The translations under genes were made by a program, and so were the position numbers. The notes beneath the pieces were generated by a model, which was not told where the DNA came from, ran no database searches, and saw only the letters and a program-made list of their open reading frames with translations. From contig OZ024751.1 in NCBI GenBank assembly GCA_964016885.1, positions 2,046,001 through 2,110,000 of the forward strand: a stretch of 64,000 bases of DNA, in the 5' to 3' direction. Positions 61,704-64,000 of the stretch are shown piece after piece. This stretch comes from Eledone cirrhosa. Taxonomy: Eukaryota. Within the stretch, counting starts at the first letter, position 1, and each line of letters begins with the position of its first letter.

Positions 61704-62304
61704 CTACTGTCCATATATCTTGAGAAAGGTCCCGGCTCTAAGGTGTCTGCATGTCCCGAAGAAGTCGGTTCTGAGGTTTATCAGGCCGCTTCTACCTCTT
61801 AGTATCTCGAGGGTCTCGTACAGGCATAGTTTGCATATGCAAGATCCCCCTTTATCGGGTGGTACTTTCCTGATTATGTACCAGGCCAGAGAGTATGGGG
61901 TCCTGTCCAGCTTAAGCTTCCAGATCAGGTCGGAGAGAGCTGTGCTTTTCCTTTTGGCCTCCTTCTTGAATGAATGGCGATGGTTGTACCAGCGGTCCTT
62001 AAAGCTCGTTGATGTGGCTCCTATGTAGAGGTGTTCGGAGTTGGGGGTTTTAACCCTACAACCGTACACAAGGTTCTTCTTGAGACATTCATTACCAAGG
62101 GGGCATGATTCGGGGTTTCTGCAGTTGCAGAGGGTGGTCGGCCTCTGCCTGTCTAGATTAGTGTTCTCATTATGTGTTACATGTTGGTCCTCCCCCATGC
62201 TCGGTGGGGGGTCCTTGGGTCTGTTTGTGTTTCTTGGGTGGGCTCTGGATCCCTCCTTCCCTCCTTTCACATGGTTCTGCTGAGTGTTTGTATTGCCATC
62301 TTCT
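61704..62304 (-). CDS. Penelope-like element C-terminal GIY-YIG endonuclease, 5'-truncated
   Basis: CNCRNPESCPLGNECL..NLVY...LYIGAT..FKDRWYNH..SF...STALS..IW...CKLCLYE...LINLR...CRH: GIY-YIG motif (LVY/YIG), catalytic R, E and N, Cys/His zinc ligands. The frame stays open up to the inversion junction at about 62304. Confidence 0.9.
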
Positions 62305-62481
62305 TTTGACTTTTATTTAACTTTATTTTACACTACTCCGGAGTAACCAAACCAACCTGCGCACTTCGTCGAGTGCTCCAGCCTGCATACTGAGGTGTTG
62401 GTATACAACCAACATAAACTCAAAATCTATCTAGCTCCCACACGGGTTGAGCGCTTCAAACAGTAGCGGACCTAAGTCACT

Positions 62482-64000
62482 ATGGATAAACTGGCAACCT
62501 TAGCGTCACTGAAGGACATCCCCCTACCTGATAAACGAGAATACACCAGTGATCTCATCAAGAGTACGGACTCCCTCATCCGTAGGATGAGATGGAAGGC
62601 GTTCCACTTCGAAAGAGGAACGCAGAAAACTACCAACACAGAAAACATGGAGTACCTTTTTCGATCAAGGAGAAATCCTCCCCACAACAGACTAATGGAG
62701 GAGTTTGAAAACGAGATGATTAACATCATATCCAACCTCAAATTCTCCGGAAACCCAACCAGAAGTGAGGAGTACCTGAGACACCTGAGAAACCGGATTA
62801 CAGAACTTAAAGGGACAACTGGAATACTTGTCCATGCTGACAAAACAAACAACCTCTACAACATGAACACTGAACTGTACAATAAGCTAATCCGCAGGGA
62901 ACTGAGGAAGTGCTACAAAAAACACCTGGATTTACCCTGGATGAGATCAATGCCACAGCTTACAGGATTATATCCAGAATCGGCATAGAGGACAGGACGG
63001 CCCTATACCAACCAAGGGAGCCGCGGATTACCCTTAAAGACCACAAGTCAAACTTTGAGTCCGACCTCCCTGTCAGACTAATAGCCCCCTCCAAATATGA
63101 CCTAGGGATCGTCAGTAAAAGAATACTGGATAGGATTTTGCCCAAGCTTCGGAAGAAAACCAAATTACAGCAATGGTCATGCACGAGAGAAGTAATAGAA
63201 TGGTTCAAAATACTGCATGAGAAAAGTAGGACCAGCTTTATACAACTGGACATCGCAAGCTACTACTCCTCATTCTCACCCATAGTACTTAATAAGGCCC
63301 TATTTTTAGCGATGTCCAATACGGACCTAACCCGAGAGGAGGTGAGCATCATCCACGCCGCAAGAAAGACCTTAATCCGCTTCGATGGAGACCTTTGGAC
63401 CAGGAGTGATTGGCCAAATAACTTTGACATCACGATGGGCTCCAGCGACTCGGCGCAGGTAACGGACCTGGTTGGGCTCTACCTGCTGAAGCAGATAAAA
63501 GATGAAATCCCCTGCCTGGGCGGCGGATTATATCGTGACGATGCTCTATTCCCAGTACATGACCACAGCACCAATATGTTGGAGGGTATGAGGAGGCGTA
63601 TTCGCCATTTCTTTAAGAACCAGGGGCTCAGCATAGAAATAGACCCAAATAGGAAGGTAGTTAACTTCCTAGACACCACCCTAAACCTGAACACCGAGCA
63701 ATAATACCCCTACCACAAGCCCAACGAGAAACTCGTATATGTTAACGCCAAATCAAACCACCCTAGATCCATAACCAAGGCAGTGGTGAAGAGTGTCTCG
63801 GACAGGATCTCCAGCCTGTCCGCAAGTAAGGAAATATTCAACAACCACGTGGAATATTACAACGCAGCTCTAAAGAAGGCGGCACATGGACAAAATATAA
63901 CATATAGTCCGAAAAGCCGGGAGGTGGATAGCCCAACAGACACCCACAACCGCGTTGCCAGAGGGGGGAGGGCGAACCCTAACAATACAGGCAGAGCACA
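62482..64000 (+). pseudogene. Penelope-like reverse transcriptase ORF, disrupted by a 1-nt frameshift (A6 run 62917-62922) and an in-frame TAA (63702-63704); continues past the window edge
   Basis: RRMRWKA, ADKTNNLY, ITLKDHK, PVRLI, LDIASYY, MGSSDSAQVTDLVG, GLYRDD, VNFLDTTLNL; after the TAA the frame continues YPYHKPNEKLVYVNAKSNHPRSI (PLE thumb region). Confidence 0.92.

Larger units (their letters stand above)
59675..64000. mobile_element. Penelope-like retroelement (EN+ PLE) complex inverted/tandem insertion with pseudo-LTRs
   Basis: pLTR copies at 59675-59993 (-), 59994-60214 (+), about 60285-60603 (-) and 62305-62428 (+); 5'-truncated minus-strand copy about 60285-62304 containing the GIY-YIG domain; head-to-head plus-strand copy with RT from 62482; termini in (TA)n. 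Confidence 0.92.

Noticed and set aside
62917-62922. Programmed ribosomal frameshift in the PLE RT
   Set aside because: PLEs normally have a single ORF; a one-base loss in an A run plus a separate nonsense codon is better explained by decay or sequencing error.
61492-63694. ORFs 61492-62028(+), 62041-62283(+), 62472-62852(-), 62960-63253(-), 63479-63694(-)
   Set aside because: Antisense shadows of the PLE endonuclease and RT coding regions.

Overview
Eukaryotic (animal-like; dense TA/CA microsatellites and Penelope-like elements are compatible with an invertebrate such as a mollusc, inference only) window with two very different parts. (1) Positions 1-~51305 are one uninterrupted array of a 24-bp unit (GTTACTGTTGTTGGTGTTGTTGGT; roughly 2,100 units; it runs off the left edge) with kb-scale higher-order duplications. 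On the minus strand it reads as a Thr/Pro mucin-like octapeptide (TPTTPTTV) or, in a second frame, as an Asn-rich octapeptide (NTNNTNNS) with two N-glycosylation sequons per unit. Just upstream on the minus strand is an ATG and a signal-peptide-like ORF (MNRKLKLSLFFFALKIVLYLITE) that misses the repeat frame by a one-base shift. The array also carries frameshifts and stops that were co-amplified with the duplications, so it looks like a giant secreted-glycoprotein exon that has decayed into, or expanded as, a satellite. Nearly all long poly-Leu/Val/Cys ORFs in the supplied track are artefacts of this repeat. (2) Positions ~51.3-64 kb are repeat-rich: a hAT/Charlie-type MITE with 8-bp TSD, TGT...ACA inverted-repeat elements, CR1- and CRE-like LINE fragments, and a complex inverted/tandem Penelope-like retroelement (disrupted RT, GIY-YIG endonuclease, pseudo-LTRs, a perfect 442-bp palindrome). 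At least seven minimal type I hammerhead-ribozyme motifs from four unrelated sequence families lie within about 7 kb. All calls are from reading the sequence by eye; no searches were run.
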